Shown: positions 23,648 through 38,470, numbered from the whole stretch's first letter. The stretch: 57,452 nt of DNA, filler included, from Bipalium vagum (GCA_037834085.1; 3 parts of 3 records of this genome joined end to end with filler, not necessarily neighbours in it), one strand, 5' to 3'. The notes: generated from the sequence alone by a model not told the origin. Translations and numbers: made by a program.

Positions 23648-26493
23648 TTAGGCAAATATTACAATCAATATTTAAGTGGGTTTCATTATACAGAAGACTG
23701 AAATATGAAAAGTAATGGACGAGAAAGGACAAACAATGAAACATAAATTATAAAATTCGTTTATTAGGTATTTTAAGGACAGAAAACTCTTTATCGTTAT
23801 CTAGATTTATTTTCTGTATGAGATTCAATCATATTTTGCCAAAAACTATGAATTTTATGAAAATACTTGATCAATAGTAAAGCACAGATTGATCGCCGGT
23901 GAAAAATTGGCAAAAATTGTTCGGCAAAATTTCCTAAAGATCAGTTGCCTAATATATCCTCATTATACATTGACAATGTTGACCCGTGCCAAAAGATAAT
24001 TAATATGATATTTTGCATATTCACGAATCAGGCTTCATTTTTAATGAAACCATTTAATACATTTGAAAACCGTTTTCACTTCTCCTTTTGGACTTTGTTC
24101 AGTCATTATTTTTTTTTGTCAAATTGTAATTTATGACTGCAGAGGTTCTTAACTTTTTAACCGGTGTTATTTTCTTCGATTTGTTAATTTTTGTTTAATT
24201 GATCGATATTTTATGTTACGAAGTTTAATATTTTTGATCAATTTACTCAATAACTTTTTAAAAAAAAATAAAATGTCAACCTCAATATTTGACATGGTTA
24301 AGAGAAAGATGTTAAAAATTTCTCAAATAGTCAAAGGATCTCATAATATAGAAAATATATCTCTGAATTCAAAGTTGTTTCATGTCTTATTTAAAAATCA
24401 ATAAAATTTTAGCAGATTAATTTTTTTATTTTCTTTTTCTAAAGAAATAAAAATAATAATTGTGTAAAAAATGTACTTTTTCTGTTAATGTTTTAATATT
24501 GACAAAAAAGTGATTATTTGAATCTATATCGAATAGTTGAGTTTGCAACACAATAATCAAATTGGAAAGTGCAAAACTTTATTAAATCGATAAATCAGAG
24601 ATGATCAAATCAATAATTGTTTCAAATTATTTGACAAAATATCAATAACTTCGAATATATGACAAAAATACGTACTACTCAAAACTTTCTGCACTCATGT
24701 ACTCAACACTCTTACGCAATAACAATGTCAATAATGTAAATAATTACTCAATAATAAAATAAAATAATCAAAATCAAAAAATATTAATACAATGGTGTAA
24801 AAATAAAAAAATGAGAAAATGTTCCAAATTAGCTCTCCTTTAGCAGACTTCTCTTCGAGTCCCACGAAAGTTGTCCTAATTGAAGATTGGGTATCACGAC
24901 GAGTATCACAAAATAATTCATCGTATTGTTCACAATTCTGTTCAGTGTTTTCTCTCCAGTTCTGAGACATTCGTCAGCTCACAAAATGTAGAGATAAAAG
25001 AGAACATTTTTCTTCTCCTATCACTCAAACGTATATATCCACCTCAAAGTCCTTCACGGACAAAAATAATCAGGCAGCTAATGCCGCAAAAATATTGTTT
25101 TTTATTTTTATTATCATCATGCTAAATATTATTATGGTTATTATTATTTAGTAATATTATTATTTAATAATATTATAATTATTAATATTATCATTCTTAT
25201 TTGTCATCCAAAGGCGAATTCCGAAACCTTCAAGTGAAGAACTCTAAAATTTTTGTTTAAAGAAAGGTTATGATATTCTAAGTTTATTATTCTATTAGAA
25301 GTTACGACTTTCGTCCCATCTTTCAGGTTTCGTATACATTCTTGAAAGAGGTTTTTATTACTTTTGAAACAATCCAGACATTCGATGGAACTGAACCACT
25401 ATTTACAAAGTTCAAGTTGTCTTGGGCTAAACAAATGATAATCAGAAAGATCAATGTCCGATGGACACTCGGGTTTCTATACTTTTAATTAATTATTTTT
25501 GAAAATTATCTTTTCGTGTCTTTTCTATCATTGTAGTTCTCTTTGGTCATAGGTCACCTCGGATTTGTTAGTGACAATTAAAACTTTGACCCGTTATCAT
25601 ACAATAGTTGTACTATTTGATAACAGAATACTCTTTCAAATACACAACATTAATACCATTAGAACCATAGAAATCTTAAACCATTTAAGTATTGATTGGC
25701 CTGATAAATCCTTCAACATTTTAAGGAGGTTTGCGTTTCAAACTGACTTCGGTAAATCCATTTGTCGAAAAATTTTAATGTGGAACCTTTTGTCTTTGAA
25801 AAAGATATTAAAAATAGTTCCTGCTATCAATATCTTAAATTCTGAACCCCCAACCAAAACACTCAAGAGTACTTTTTCATGATAATTCTTTAATCATGTA
25901 CTTTCATATGAGAAATAAACAGTCGTATCCTTTGATACAACTTGTGATAACGACTTCCCAAGGATACCATTTGGATACACCTATTTTTAGCTGTCGTTGC
26001 GATCAGCTTTATTAATGAGATCATAATCTTTGCTCTGAGAAAAGGGAAATTTGGACTAAGACCTGAAGTGATTCTCAAATATTTACCGAACCATTTTGAC
26101 TACCACAAGCATTATAGGAAATTTATCAGCAAATCAAAGCGGAGTACCGATTCACTTAAGATTAGTTTCTGCCAGTGCATATCACACCGATCTCATTATT
26201 CTTTGCTCTAATCAAAGCGAGCCCTCAATTTGATAATTTTTTTATTTTAGAAAAATTGACACTTAAATTTGCTTGAATTTTGTTTCGGAAAATCAATTAA
26301 TGTCTGTTAAATGGAAAAAGTTTCCGTGTTTTACGTATCATTTTAATTTATCATTACCAGTATTNNNNNNNNNNNNNNNNNNNNNNNNNNNNNNNNNNNN
26401 NNNNNNNNNNNNNNNNNNNNNNNNNNNNNNNNNNNNNNNNNNNNNNNNNNNNNNNNNNNNNNNNNNNNNNNNNNNNNNNNNNNNNNNNNNNNN

Positions 26494-26800
26494 AATTATT
26501 AATATTGCAATTTTATTATTTTTATTATTATCTTATTTATTTTATTTATCGTTTTTATTAATATTATCATATTATTATTGTTATTATTATAATAATTAAT
26601 ATTATTAATTTTATTATTATTATTTATTATTTTTAATTAATAATATTTCCTAATATTATTATTGTTGTTATTATTTTCTTCTTATTATTTTTCTAATTAT
26701 TTTATTATTAATTTATTTTTATTATTATTATTTTAATATTTATTTTATAATAATAATAATAATAATAATTATTATTATTATTATTAGTGTAATATTATTC
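26494..26800. repeat. Degenerate (ATT)n/(TAA)n low-complexity tract beside an N gap
   Basis: Direct inspection. N gap at 26365-26493. Confidence 0.8.
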
Positions 26801-27757
26801 ATTATTAATATAGATTTAGTATTATTATTCTTTTTACTGTAATATATCCTATTTAAATTAATTAAAATTAAAATTAAAACAAACATAGAAATATTATCAA
26901 CGAGGTAATATATAAAAAGGAAATATGGGTACATTCAGAATTTAGGAAAACAACTTTATAAGATTAACAATTTGATAAAGATTGAATCTGAGTACATCCG
27001 CCAAAAGCCGATATGTAAATTTTAATAATCTCTTTCAAACCAAATGATCACTGATAAAAACGGAATAAATTCAAAGATATAATAAGAAATACTGAATAAA
27101 AAGTCAAGAGACTTGATAATAATAATACGAAAATTGTTAAATTTTATTTCTAATTAATTTATTAAATAAATTATTACGCACTAATTATACATTTTTGGAA
27201 CAATTAAAATTCTCATAATTAATCAATTATATTGAATTAAATTAATAATTGATAAATGATTATTTTGTCATTGAATTTAAAGGAAAATTATCTTTTTTTT
27301 ATTAATAATTTTTCTTTTTTTAATTTTCTTTTTAATAATATTGAATTTTTCAAAAGACTTTGATATTAAAAATAAATAAATTTTTTATAGTAAACCAAAT
27401 TCTCAAGTACTATCAACTTTCTGGAAAAACAATTTTTAACATTTTAGATAAATATTTTTTTACTGTTGTTATGAGAGGGTTTTCAGCCTGTGATATTTAT
27501 TTTATCTTTTTTATTTCAAAATTTTATAAAAATTCCAATGTTTATAGGAAAAAAACTATTTCCTTGTCAATTTTTTGTTCCAATTTTATTAATAATTATC
27601 ACATTTATTAAATTGTAATAATAATATGAAAGATATTTTAAAAATAAATATTTTATATTTTAAAATTAAAAAGAATATTTAAAAAAGAATTAGAGTTTTA
27701 CAAGATTGAGTAATAAAAGAGGGTAATTCACACGATGCGGTATTATACACATATATA

Positions 27758-28627
27758 CAGGGTGCGTCAGCTATTTGAGAACAAAAATTGATATTAAAGG
27801 TCAGTAATATTTTTAATGAACAGAATGTATATTTTTAAGCAATATTAGAAACTTTATTTGTTTTAAGTACACAAGTTTTAATTTTTCAATAAAATCGCCT
27901 TCAGAGTCAACTGCAGCTGCAAGACGACTTCTGAAAAGCCTTCAAGCCGTGATCAAATGGTTTTTGTTCATATTTATCATAGGAGAACTTATAGAAGCCC
28001 GTAATGAATCTTTGGTGTTATAAGGATGTTTGTTCGTCTCCTTCTCTAAGACGCCTAAAGGATTTAAATCGGGTGAGCTAGGTGGCCATAAGTGTGGATT
28101 GACATGGTCGTTAAAATTTAACGATAGCCATTTTTGTTTTTTTAATGCTGTATGGCAGGAAACTGAGTTTTGTTAGAACACACAGGGCCTTCAATCCAGG
28201 GCATCACATATGTATCCACACAATATCAATTTCTCTCATTGATGTTCCGGGACTTTCATGTTCAACATTTTGGACTTTTTGAACAAAATTAACATTTCTG
28301 ATAATGTATGAATTTGAGAAATGTATTTTTCTTTTGATATTGAGGAAACATTTCGATCAGATGCCAAACATTCCTTTCTAATTTTATTGACAAACGATCT
28401 AGCCACATTAAGAAATTTCTAAGTCACTGTGACCGGCAGCTAACGCAATAATAAATGCTTGCCTTTTCATTTCTTGTGTTAATTCAAAAGTTATCTCTTT
28501 CAATTCTAAATTAAAAAATAATTATTTAATGTTGTGTCAATAAATATTGCAAATCAATTTAACACCACTAAAAAATTATTATGATATATTTCAACAATTT
28601 TTGTCCTCAAAAATCTGACGCTCCATG
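27758..28627 (-). mobile_element. maT/DD37D-type element with both TIRs, internally deleted
   Basis: TA-CAGGGTGCGTCAGCTATTTGAGAACAAAAATTG versus the right-end complement TA-CATGGAGCGTCAGATTTTTGAGGACAAAAATTG. Minus-strand WPPSSPDLNP. Confidence 0.8.
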
Positions 28628-29329
28628 TATAAGATTAAAAATATATATGTAACACTAAAAATGGACTTCCCAAATAAAATAAATCCATTAATAGTTGGTG
28701 ATCCGATGAGAGTAATATCTTTTTACAGAGAAAAAGGAATACTGGCTTTGTCAGACTATACAATGTCATTTCTTAATTTTTAAACAAGTGTTCTTTTATT
28801 GTCTTAAATTTAATTATAATTTTATGGGGTATATTTCAACGTTGCTAAAATAGGAGGTATAAAGCTGATCCAAGAATTTTGATTGAAGAAATGAATACAA
28901 AATTTTTTTTTGAAGAAATCTGAAATGATCGAAGATAAATAAAAAATGATCAAAATAAGAAATGTTTTTGAATTCTTGGAACACTGTCGATTCTCATTTC
29001 TTTGATGGTCTTTTTCGGAGTAATTTAAATGAACTCTGCCTTGAAAATTTTCAAAATGTTAATGATATTTGATAATATAAAAAATCAATAGTCCTTCACT
29101 TAGGAAACAGACAGCGAGATTTAATTTGTTAATGCCCTTATTAGAATTAATTTGAAGCGAACTGCATCAACAGTTATTCGATAAAGACTTCAAATTTTTT
29201 TCACTGACCGTTGCAGCTTTGATGATGATTTCTGAATTGATTCAATAAGTTCGATGGAGAACCCTGCGAATGCAATGAATACTGAAGACTAATTGATTTC
29301 AATATCCTTGGTACTTGTGCGCACAGTGA

Positions 29330-30255
29330 AAACAAGTCATTCCACCATACATAAAATCGAAAGGAAACTGAATTTGAAAAAAAACAGAAAGGGAAGTCCA
29401 AAGCCAAAATTTTCCGATAGTGATAAACGAACCATTGGCAGGAAATTGTTATTTGGTTTAGTATGAAACTACTAATGAAGCCGTGAAACTTTTAGAACAT
29501 AATTTAAATGTTCACGTCAGTCCTTAGACCATTGGAAATGTACCAAAATCCAAAGCATTTCAAGCTATTTTTACGAAATCCAAAAAAACGATTAGACTTT
29601 ACTAGAAAGTTTAAGTATTGATCTTCTAATGACTGGTATAATTGAATGTGGTCCGATGAGTTTAAAATTATTCGTTTTTGATCAAATGGTAACCACTGGT
29701 GCTGGAAATTGTGAAACCATTATTTGAAATAATCATTTAAACAACTATGAAACATGGGAAGGTTATGTGATGATTTGGGAATGCGTGATGGAACACGGAG
29801 AGATCTATAGTTGAATTGAAGGAAAAATTTGAATATGAATGTAATGGAATAACCAACAAAGTCTTTCAACTTAAATCCAACTGAATATCTGTGGACAATG
29901 CTGAAAAGAAAGATGGATTTATATTCAAGTTAATCCCAAAGTGTTGAAGAATTGTGAGGAAGGGTCGAAGTTGATACCTAAAGAACAATGTTTAGCCTTA
30001 ATCGACAGCATGTGACGCAGAATTGAGAAGGATGATAATACGAAAAAATAACTGTACGTATGATACTCACTTGTTTTACCATTAATAAAATTTTATTCTC
30101 TGTATCTTTTGTTGAAAATGGCTCTATTTGGTAAAAGAGATCATTATTTATAATGTGTAAGAAATCTAAAGTTGTTAGACTTATATAGTTTGGGCAGAGT
30201 TATTCGACTTTAAATGGAACAATGTAAAACATTCGGACAGATTTATGAATCACTG
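29330..30255 (+). mobile_element. Tc1 element remnant with right TIR
   Basis: WSDEFKI, TMKHG...VMIW and LNPTEYLWTMLKRK motifs. Right end complement is CAGTGATTCATAAATCTGTCCG. Confidence 0.8.
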
Positions 30256-30697
30256 TGTATTTAAAAGTAATGTATAAATGAAAAATTTGAGGAAAAAGTA
30301 TTGTTGGATTTTTATCTCACAAATCAAAAGTCGATGAGTCACTATAAAAATTTTTTATTTATCAAAATACGCAAACACTTTGCCAACGTCCTACGAGTTT
30401 CTTTATACCGTTTCTAGAAAAGTCTGAGTCACAGGATACAATAAAAGAGTAGAAGGTACGTTAAACATCATTCTGATTTTTGAACTGTTTATTTCGTAGG
30501 AAATTTTCAAGTGACAGGAATAGATGATAATCTGTGGGAGATTTATAATAATAATAATAATTAATAAAATTTTACAGGATGTTTTTCATATTGACATCCC
30601 AAACAACCATGCTTTTCCAGCTAAAATATGATTGAATTGTTAAAAACTTCTCATTTTTTTCACCTATGGTTTTATTTAAATGAATAGTATCATATAG

Positions 30698-31098
30698 GAG
30701 GAATACACGAATCTCGCCAAACAATGTATGCAATTTGCAAAGGCCTGTGTGGACCTCTGTAGGACAAGTGATGAGGTTGATTCTCTTCTCAGTTCTACTG
30801 TAGTGAAAAATAACAAAATCGTTCGGTACCCCTTAGCCACTGTGAAATTGGCCATGCAATGCCACGAAAAAAAGGTGAAAAGCGATCCATTTCAATTATT
30901 ATTATTATTATTATTACTATTATATCATTTCAGTTCGTAGCTCACTCCAACTGTCAGCATCAAGTTGAAAATAAGTTCTACGGAAAGCTGCTTTTTATCA
31001 GAGATTTCGATCTGATCGAAAAAATCAAATTTTTTAGTATATTAATTCCGTGTATGCCTATTTTATATATGATTTATATCTTCTTCCCAAACACAAAA
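30698..31098 (+). CDS. TRPC-family (canonical TRP) cation channel, two internal exons 30698-30874 and 30934-31098
   Basis: EEYTNLAKQCMQFAKACVDLCRTSDEVDSLL...LATVKLAMQCHEKK|FVAHSNCQHQVENKFY...ILIPCMPILYMIYIFFPNTK matches the TRPC linker/pre-S1 pattern (EY..L..QC..FA..LLD..R.S.E...L / L.RLKLAI....K.FVA.PNCQQ.L...WY). 59-nt GT-AG intron, phase 0. Confidence 0.85.
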
Positions 31099-32707
31099 GT
31101 AAGTGACATTAATGATTGATACCTTTTCTCATTTCTTAAAAATAAACAAAAGTCACTCGATATGTACGAATATGAGTTCAATGAATATTTATTTATATTA
31201 TTTTTTTACGATTTGTCGTTGTAACATGGAATATGTGCATAGAGGATATTTTCATTCATTCCTTTCGATCTCAATCAAAGTTTAAGACAAATATTTTTTA
31301 TTTCGGCATTTTTATTATTAAAAATTGTTTTTTCTATTAAGAGGTAGTTGGGGCTTTTCATTGTTTCTGATCAAAAATTTTTTATATATATATATTTATA
31401 ATTATATATATATATTACTAATATTAAATTAATATTGAGAAATATATCATTGGTTAAATATTTTGGGCTTCACAAAATAAATATTAAATAATTTTATGAT
31501 TAAATAAAAAATATTCATTAAATTATGAAAAGAAATACCGAAAAATATTTAATTTCATTTAAGTTTCAAATCTGATATTATTATTATTATTTAAATATTT
31601 AATAAATAATAATAATTTTTAATGACACTCAAAAAGCAATCTTACAATTTTTATTTAATAATTGCAATAATCTTAATAAATATGAAATATATAGAGAATA
31701 TAAAAAATTGAATTTTTAGGCTTTTCATAAAATAATCATAAATATTAAATTTTTATTTGGAACATTTACGATTATTAAATATATAATTTAAAATATTTTT
31801 TTATTTTTCTTTTCGGTAAAAATATTATTTATTTAAAACAAAAATCAATAAATCATTTAAAAAATATTTATTTATTTCCTATAAAATTGTGGAAATGATT
31901 TTTATGTTTTAACAATTAATTTAATTGATTGTAATCTAAAAATAAATTAATTAAGTTATATAATTATTTTTTTGATATTCTATGAATGACTTCTTTAGAA
32001 TATTTCTATATATTTTTTCGTATATTTCTCGTCAGTAAACACTGTCAAATTGGTAGTTACTTGTAATCCAATTTGTAATAATGTCAAGAAGGTGTTTCTT
32101 AAGCAATATTATTTGTGATTTCGCTCTGTGATATCTGTAGTCTTTGGACTTGAAATGACTTTATATGTTTCTGGCAGAAATACGGAGATTGTATGATTTC
32201 TTTATTTTGGAAGCATTAACCTTTTCATGGTGTTCGTTATATTTTGCTTTATTCCGTTTAATTCTCAACTTTTCGAAACTTAACTTAAAATTTAGACCTC
32301 ATTTCTTTAATTTTTTTTATCGTATTAATACAAATGTACCACGTTATTTCTTGAAATTTCTTTGAAACGTTTGCTTTTTGATTTTAAGGTGTTAATAATA
32401 TAAATTTCTGGTTGACTTTGCATTTGTTCTACTTATATCAAATCATATTTAAATTAAAAACTTAATACATACTCAAACTTAATATCAAAATGTTTCTTTA
32501 ATTTTATCGTAATTGAAAATTTTAAACAAATTTTTTCTTTTAAATTAAACTTTTCTATATCACTTATCAAATAAATAATTTTAAATTAGTCTTTACAAAT
32601 GAAAATTTGTTATCAGATACAAGAAGATATTTTAAAAAGTTTTATTACTTAAGGATTTCCAAATTTAGAAAATGCTTCTAAAATCATGACAAGCAGTGTG
32701 GTATTTA

Positions 32708-33690
32708 CAGTGCGCCACAAATTAATTGCCGCACTTACAAAAATGACATTATCTTTTGTCCAAAGATTTCAAAATTTTCAAAATATTTACACAATGTAGC
32801 TATTAGTGTCTTAATGCAAATGTAAAAAAATAATTGAAAAATTCTTAATATAACCAACTATATTAAGCAAAGAATAAAAATATCAAGAAAAAACCGACAC
32901 AAATTAATTTCCACAATTTCCAAAAAATCGATTTTTATTCACAAAAAATGTTCCAATACGATTCAATAGTTTATTGAGCTGACATGAATATCAATATTCT
33001 CATAAATTCTATTTTGCATTGAAGTTACCAAATTTCCAAGATGTATTGATCCAATAACTGCCGATCGCAGCTCATTAACATAATTGAATTGCTTTCCACA
33101 AGCATATACCTTCCGAACCACTACTCCCCATAAGTTTTCTATGGGATTTAGATCCGATGAGTACGGTGGCCAGTCCATAACTTCAATATTTTTGCCTTTT
33201 AGCTATTTCATAGTTGAACAGGATACATGACACCTTTAATTATCTTGCTGAAACACAGGGCTGAATCCGCCAAAATCTTTTATAAAAGGTAGTAGATTGT
33301 CTTTCAGGAGGCCTTAATCATTCCTTAAAGGAACATTTTGCTTAAATTTGGCATGGTAAGAATTTACTAAACAGTTTAAATTATAATTTTTATTATTATT
33401 AATTCTCACTTATTATATATTGTAAAAATTTTAAGTATAAAATTAAAATTGATAAATAAAATCCAAATTCAATTTAGTGCGGCGATTAATTATGTTAAAG
33501 AAAAATTTTAAATAATATAAACAAATTAAATTTAGTTAAATTACAACTTAATTTAAAAAATACAATGTTGTTCAAATAAGTTCTTAGTGTCAAGTGTATA
33601 TCTTGTACTTTCATCAAATTTAATTACAGTTTAAAAATAATCAAGATTTCTTGATTTTATAAGGTGCGGGAATTAATATGTGGCGCACTG
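32708..33690 (-). mobile_element. Tc1-like element with long IR/DR-type ends, internally deleted
   Basis: TA-CAGTGCGCCACAAATTAATT at the left end and its complement ending 33690-TA. Inner copies of the motif near 32895 and 33480. FQQDN and MDWPPYSSDLNPIENLWG on the minus strand. Confidence 0.88.
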
Positions 33691-33835
33691 TAAACAAAGG
33701 TTATATTTTCAGGTTATATTTTATGTTCTTATTGATCGATCATAATAATTAGTTTTCTCTCCCAATCATGTCATCTAAAAGTACTTTCATTTTTTGGAAT
33801 ATTTATAAATGAGTTAATTATTATTAGTTAATACA

Positions 33836-35000
33836 CCAGGTTGCGCAATAAGTCATTGCATATTTTAATATCATATTTGTAAGTTTGTTTAATTAACATA
33901 AGTAATTTGCAATTATAAGTATTGATTTTTAAAAATTTATTCAATTTATTCTTAATAACTTCTACATTTAGAGTGTAAAATTATGGATTTCACAAAAATG
34001 TATATTTGAAACTAATTGCTTTTCCACCTTAAAAGCGATATCAATACAACGATTGTGACAAAGAACATTTGTGCAATATATCCGGAGGCCATCAATGGGA
34101 GTCAAGGACAAAATTGGTTTAAAAAGTACACAGAAAGCAATTTTGATATGGAGGACCAACAGTTATCGGAACTCCAACAATTGATGATGACATGTTGCGA
34201 GAAGACTTCGACTCAAACTACATAAGACCACAAATTATATGGCCTAGAAAAAAACTGGTGTTCACAAAACTATTTGGGATCATTTTAAAGCACTGGAAAG
34301 GTCAACAAAAGGATCTTTAGAGTTCCTTACAAATTGAGAAACAAGATTAGAATTCAAAAAAACTACCAATACTCTCCTGATTAGTAAAAAAATTCATTTC
34401 TTGATCGATTAATAACTGGAAAGGAGAAATGAATTCTCAACGTCAACAACAAAATATAATAAATGCGTAAATTATAACTAATCACCTCTCAACACTGACA
34501 AATCTGATGCGCATTCTAAAAAGATGTCTGTTTGGTGGGATATTTATGGCATTGTGTACAGTGTTGGAAAATATAAGGACTATAAATTTTAAACTATTTT
34601 CAGCAAGTAGAGGAACTGATTCAGAATATCAGACAGAAAAGATATGATCTTGCAACACAACAATGTAAGACCACATATTACTCGAATGTCTCCGGAAAAG
34701 ATATTGATGCTTGGATTAGAGGTCTTATCAAATCCACCATACTATCCTGGCATCGATCCTCCGACTATTACTTATTTCGATCTTTTAAAAAATATTTGAA
34801 CGATCGCAGTTTCAAAATAAAAATGGCCATCAAACAAACTATATCAAACCTTTTCGACTAAAAGAAATGCGAATTTTATCTCAAAGGCATTGAAGCACTG
34901 ACATAGAGACGGCGACAATGAAGATTATCATTGATATTCAAAAACGTTTTCATGTGTTGAATTTATTACAAAAAGACCCTACTTATTACCTTGACCCTAA
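33836..35000 (+). mobile_element. mariner (DD34D) element, near full length, degenerate
   Basis: ITGKEK*ILNVN (ITGDEKW), LQHNNVRPH (HDNARPH) and PPYYPGID..DYYLFRS motifs. HTH region with QNWFKKY..NFDMED. Confidence 0.85.
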
Positions 35001-37949
35001 TATAATTAGTAAAAGTAAAATTTCATCCTAAGATTTTTTATTATAAAGTCCTAAAAAAATAATAATTAATAAGCAAAATTAACAAGTCAGTTTTCATTGA
35101 TTTTTTACAGATGAAAAGAAACAAATAACCCAATATTTTCTCAAAAATTTTTCAAAGAATAAAACAAAATTTTTAATAAAAAAAATCCCTAATTTTTTGA
35201 ATTATGAAAAATGAAGTCCGTGATGTTCCATTGATTATTTTTATAATGAAAACACAATTTTCCTCAGGTATTATCGATATGTTTGATATATCTATATATC
35301 CATGAGGTGAGGTGATCATTTATCACTTGGTCTGTACCATGTCATGATATTATCCCCATAATCCCTTCTGATGAGAGAGAAATAGATATATCCTACGATA
35401 ATACCTTCAACTAATTCCCGTAAATCATCCATTTATCTTCCTCTGGCCAGAAAACGTAAATACGTTCACTGGCCCTGTACTTTTGATTGACATGAATTAA
35501 TTTGGGTTTTTGATTCCATTTTGAAGTTTTTATCTTCACTGACATTTTTATTCACTTTAATGGACATATATAAGACATTCCAAAATTGTACAAAAACAAA
35601 TGAAAGTTATGGCTTCGCTCTGCCCCAGAGAACGGTACATTGTAGGGGTAAAATTAAAATTGTCCCCATTATTAATTATCATTTTATGACTTTATTTTCA
35701 TTAAAATATTGTTGTTTACATGACCTGTGTACGGAAATCATTCAGTTTTTAATTATTCCTATAATAAAATCTCTACAGATGATTCCGGTTGGATTTATTA
35801 CTATTATAAATCCAATCATTCATTCTGTGAGACCAGGCTTAGATCACGAAAAAATAAAAAAGTATTAGCAAATACTAAAGTGAGCCTAATGGCAAGCTTT
35901 AGTGCCAAAATTATTCTAAATTATTTTTGACAGATGGTTTTCCATTAATGATTAAAACAACATTTGCAAATACTAACACAATTACTTGGCCAGTACCTCC
36001 TGCTAACGCATGTAATATTAGGAATAATAATAATAATAATACTCTTAAAAATATTTTAAAAATTAAGAATTATAAAAATATTTATGATTATGATAAGGGG
36101 ATGAAAATTTTAAATTAAGTTCTAAGTTGACATTACCATGTGCATTATATATCAGGATATTGAAATAAAAATGAGGTTATATAAGAGTAACCGGCTTAGA
36201 GTACTCATCGGCTTAGAGTAAGTTTAAAAATATCATGACGATTAATCAGCCCATTTGGCTTGAAATGACTGTTGTTGGACTTGTTAACCATGACAGAATC
36301 ATTTTCAAATAGTACCAGCAATGTTTCACAAAACTCCATTATTACGTTAAAATCGTCTTTGTTAAGCTCAATTACTGAGGTCTGTTGAAATGAGTTGAAG
36401 TCTAGGTTCTAAAATGTGACTGTGGTACCTGCTTACAGTAATGTCTGGTTCGAGAGCACTCTGTGATTGAATGATTTTCAAACATTTCTTAAACTCTGAA
36501 TATTTTCCTTTGTTTAAGTCAACTGGATTTTTAATTTTTAGATTAATATTTTTATTATTTTTCCACTTGGTATAAAGTTAGAAATTTAAGTTTCCACTGC
36601 CTGATCCCTTAGTTAACATTTTTAAATGTGTCATTCCACAGAACAATTTACGTTTTCTCTTTTGAAAAAAATAATAACTTATAATTTAAAAATTATCGAA
36701 ATAAATGATTATACTTTTAATCCATATAAACAAATTGTCAATATCTAAATTTCATCAATTGTTATTGTTTTTGTTATATTAGCATAAATAATCAAAACTT
36801 GGTAAAGATTAAATTATCAAACCTTAAAATTTTTATTTTAAATAAAATATTGATTTAATTTTTTTAAGTTACAAAAATTTTAAAATCATTTTTAATTTAT
36901 ATAGATCGATTTAATTATTATCACTATAAAATTAGTAATAATATAATTTATGATTTGAAAAATAAAAGTTATTGTGGCAAAAGTTTCGCCATTTATAAAG
37001 AGGGGGAAAGTGTACTTCTATAACTAAAATATCGAAGACATTATACTTAAAATCTGATTCTTGACACAACCCTAAAAGTTGGTCAGATATTTTGATAAGC
37101 TTCAGATTTGGGTAAACATTAACGATTGAGATACAATTTCCTCAAGATATTCGCGTAAAGGAAAATTTCTGAAAATTGCTCTTGACATTTCCAATGGCAA
37201 ATCAATTAAATGTTGAAAGAGCATAGATCAACAAAGTCGCTGAGAAATGTTTTATTTATTCGACAAATGATTGGATAATTTATGGCAATAAAGTAAATAA
37301 AAACATAATTTATTCTTTCTTCACTGATGCACTGGAGATTAGAGTTAATTAAAACAATATTATAATAGTATTATTAACAAGTCACATAGGCTGAGGAAAA
37401 GTTAAATAGGGTCAAATTATTTTGTTTTGGTTCCTATTATTTATTAGTAAAATTGAAAAATAATTAATAAATTGAAATTATTTAAGTAACATACAAATAA
37501 TTGCACTTCTCAACTCCCATGAGTTCCATTGTTTAGTTATTATCAAATGTCGATTTTAATTAATTTAATGAATAAACATATATAATTTAATTAAAATTTA
37601 TTGAAATTAATCAATTAAATAAATTTTTATTTAAAAATATATAATAAAATAGTATAAAATAAAGTAATATGTAATAAAATAGTATAAAATAAAATAATAT
37701 ATAATAAAATAATAATATATAATAAAATAATAATATATATAACATATGATAAAATAAAAAGATATATTTCAACTTAATCCGTAGTAACATTTAACAAAAA
37801 ATTATTCCGATGTTTTGAAACCAACAAAAACATGTACTTTTAATTTCTTTTTCAACTAATTTTATTTTATATGAAAATAAGATTAACGGAATCTTATGAA
37901 AGCATTTAATTGTTTTAATAAGTTAAAATAATCACGTTAGATACAAACA

Positions 37950-38470
37950 AATTGAGAAATGTTCTCAGATTTATAAAAAGCACTCTGACATCCGTACGAA
38001 GTGTTAATAAAGAAATTGAACACAGTTTGAAATTCGTGGATAATTTGTCGGAGAACAAAATCAAAAATATTTTTTTCAATCGGAGCTCAACTAGAGCTCA
38101 TTGCTCGATTGAAGTTAGAAATTTTTTTGAACAGCACATTTGACTGAAAGTTGATTGGGAGAGCATTACCATTCCATCCGACTGCGAGATCACGAGATCA
38201 GCTAAAGACAGCTAAAATATTACGACAGATGTGTAAAAATACTATGCCCCATTTATGATCGATTATAACATTTTATTAGTGTTCATGGATGGTCTGTTGA
38301 AAAATATTAATTTTAATATTATGTATTTATATAATATATTATTATATATGTATTTTTATATATTAGATATTTTTAATAAATGTATTTCATTGTGTGAAAA
38401 GTGTACAATTGTTATTTTAAGTATTTTTAATGTTACATTTTAAAATCTGGTACTTACTTTTATGCACTCT
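37950..38470 (+). mobile_element. maT/rosa-type transposase 3' remnant with right TIR
   Basis: FF...SSTRAHCSIEVRNFF resembles QQDxAxAH. The right end complement is TA-TAGAGTGCATAAAAGTAAGTACC. Confidence 0.5.

Noticed and set aside
26930-27020. Upstream TRPC exon (QLYKINNLIKIESEY)
   Set aside because: Only a loose resemblance, and no suitable splice donor in phase.
32165-32365. TRPC S2-like exon (MFLAEIRRLYD)
   Set aside because: No supporting S1/S3 motifs or clean splice sites. It is the T-rich complement of an A-rich tract.
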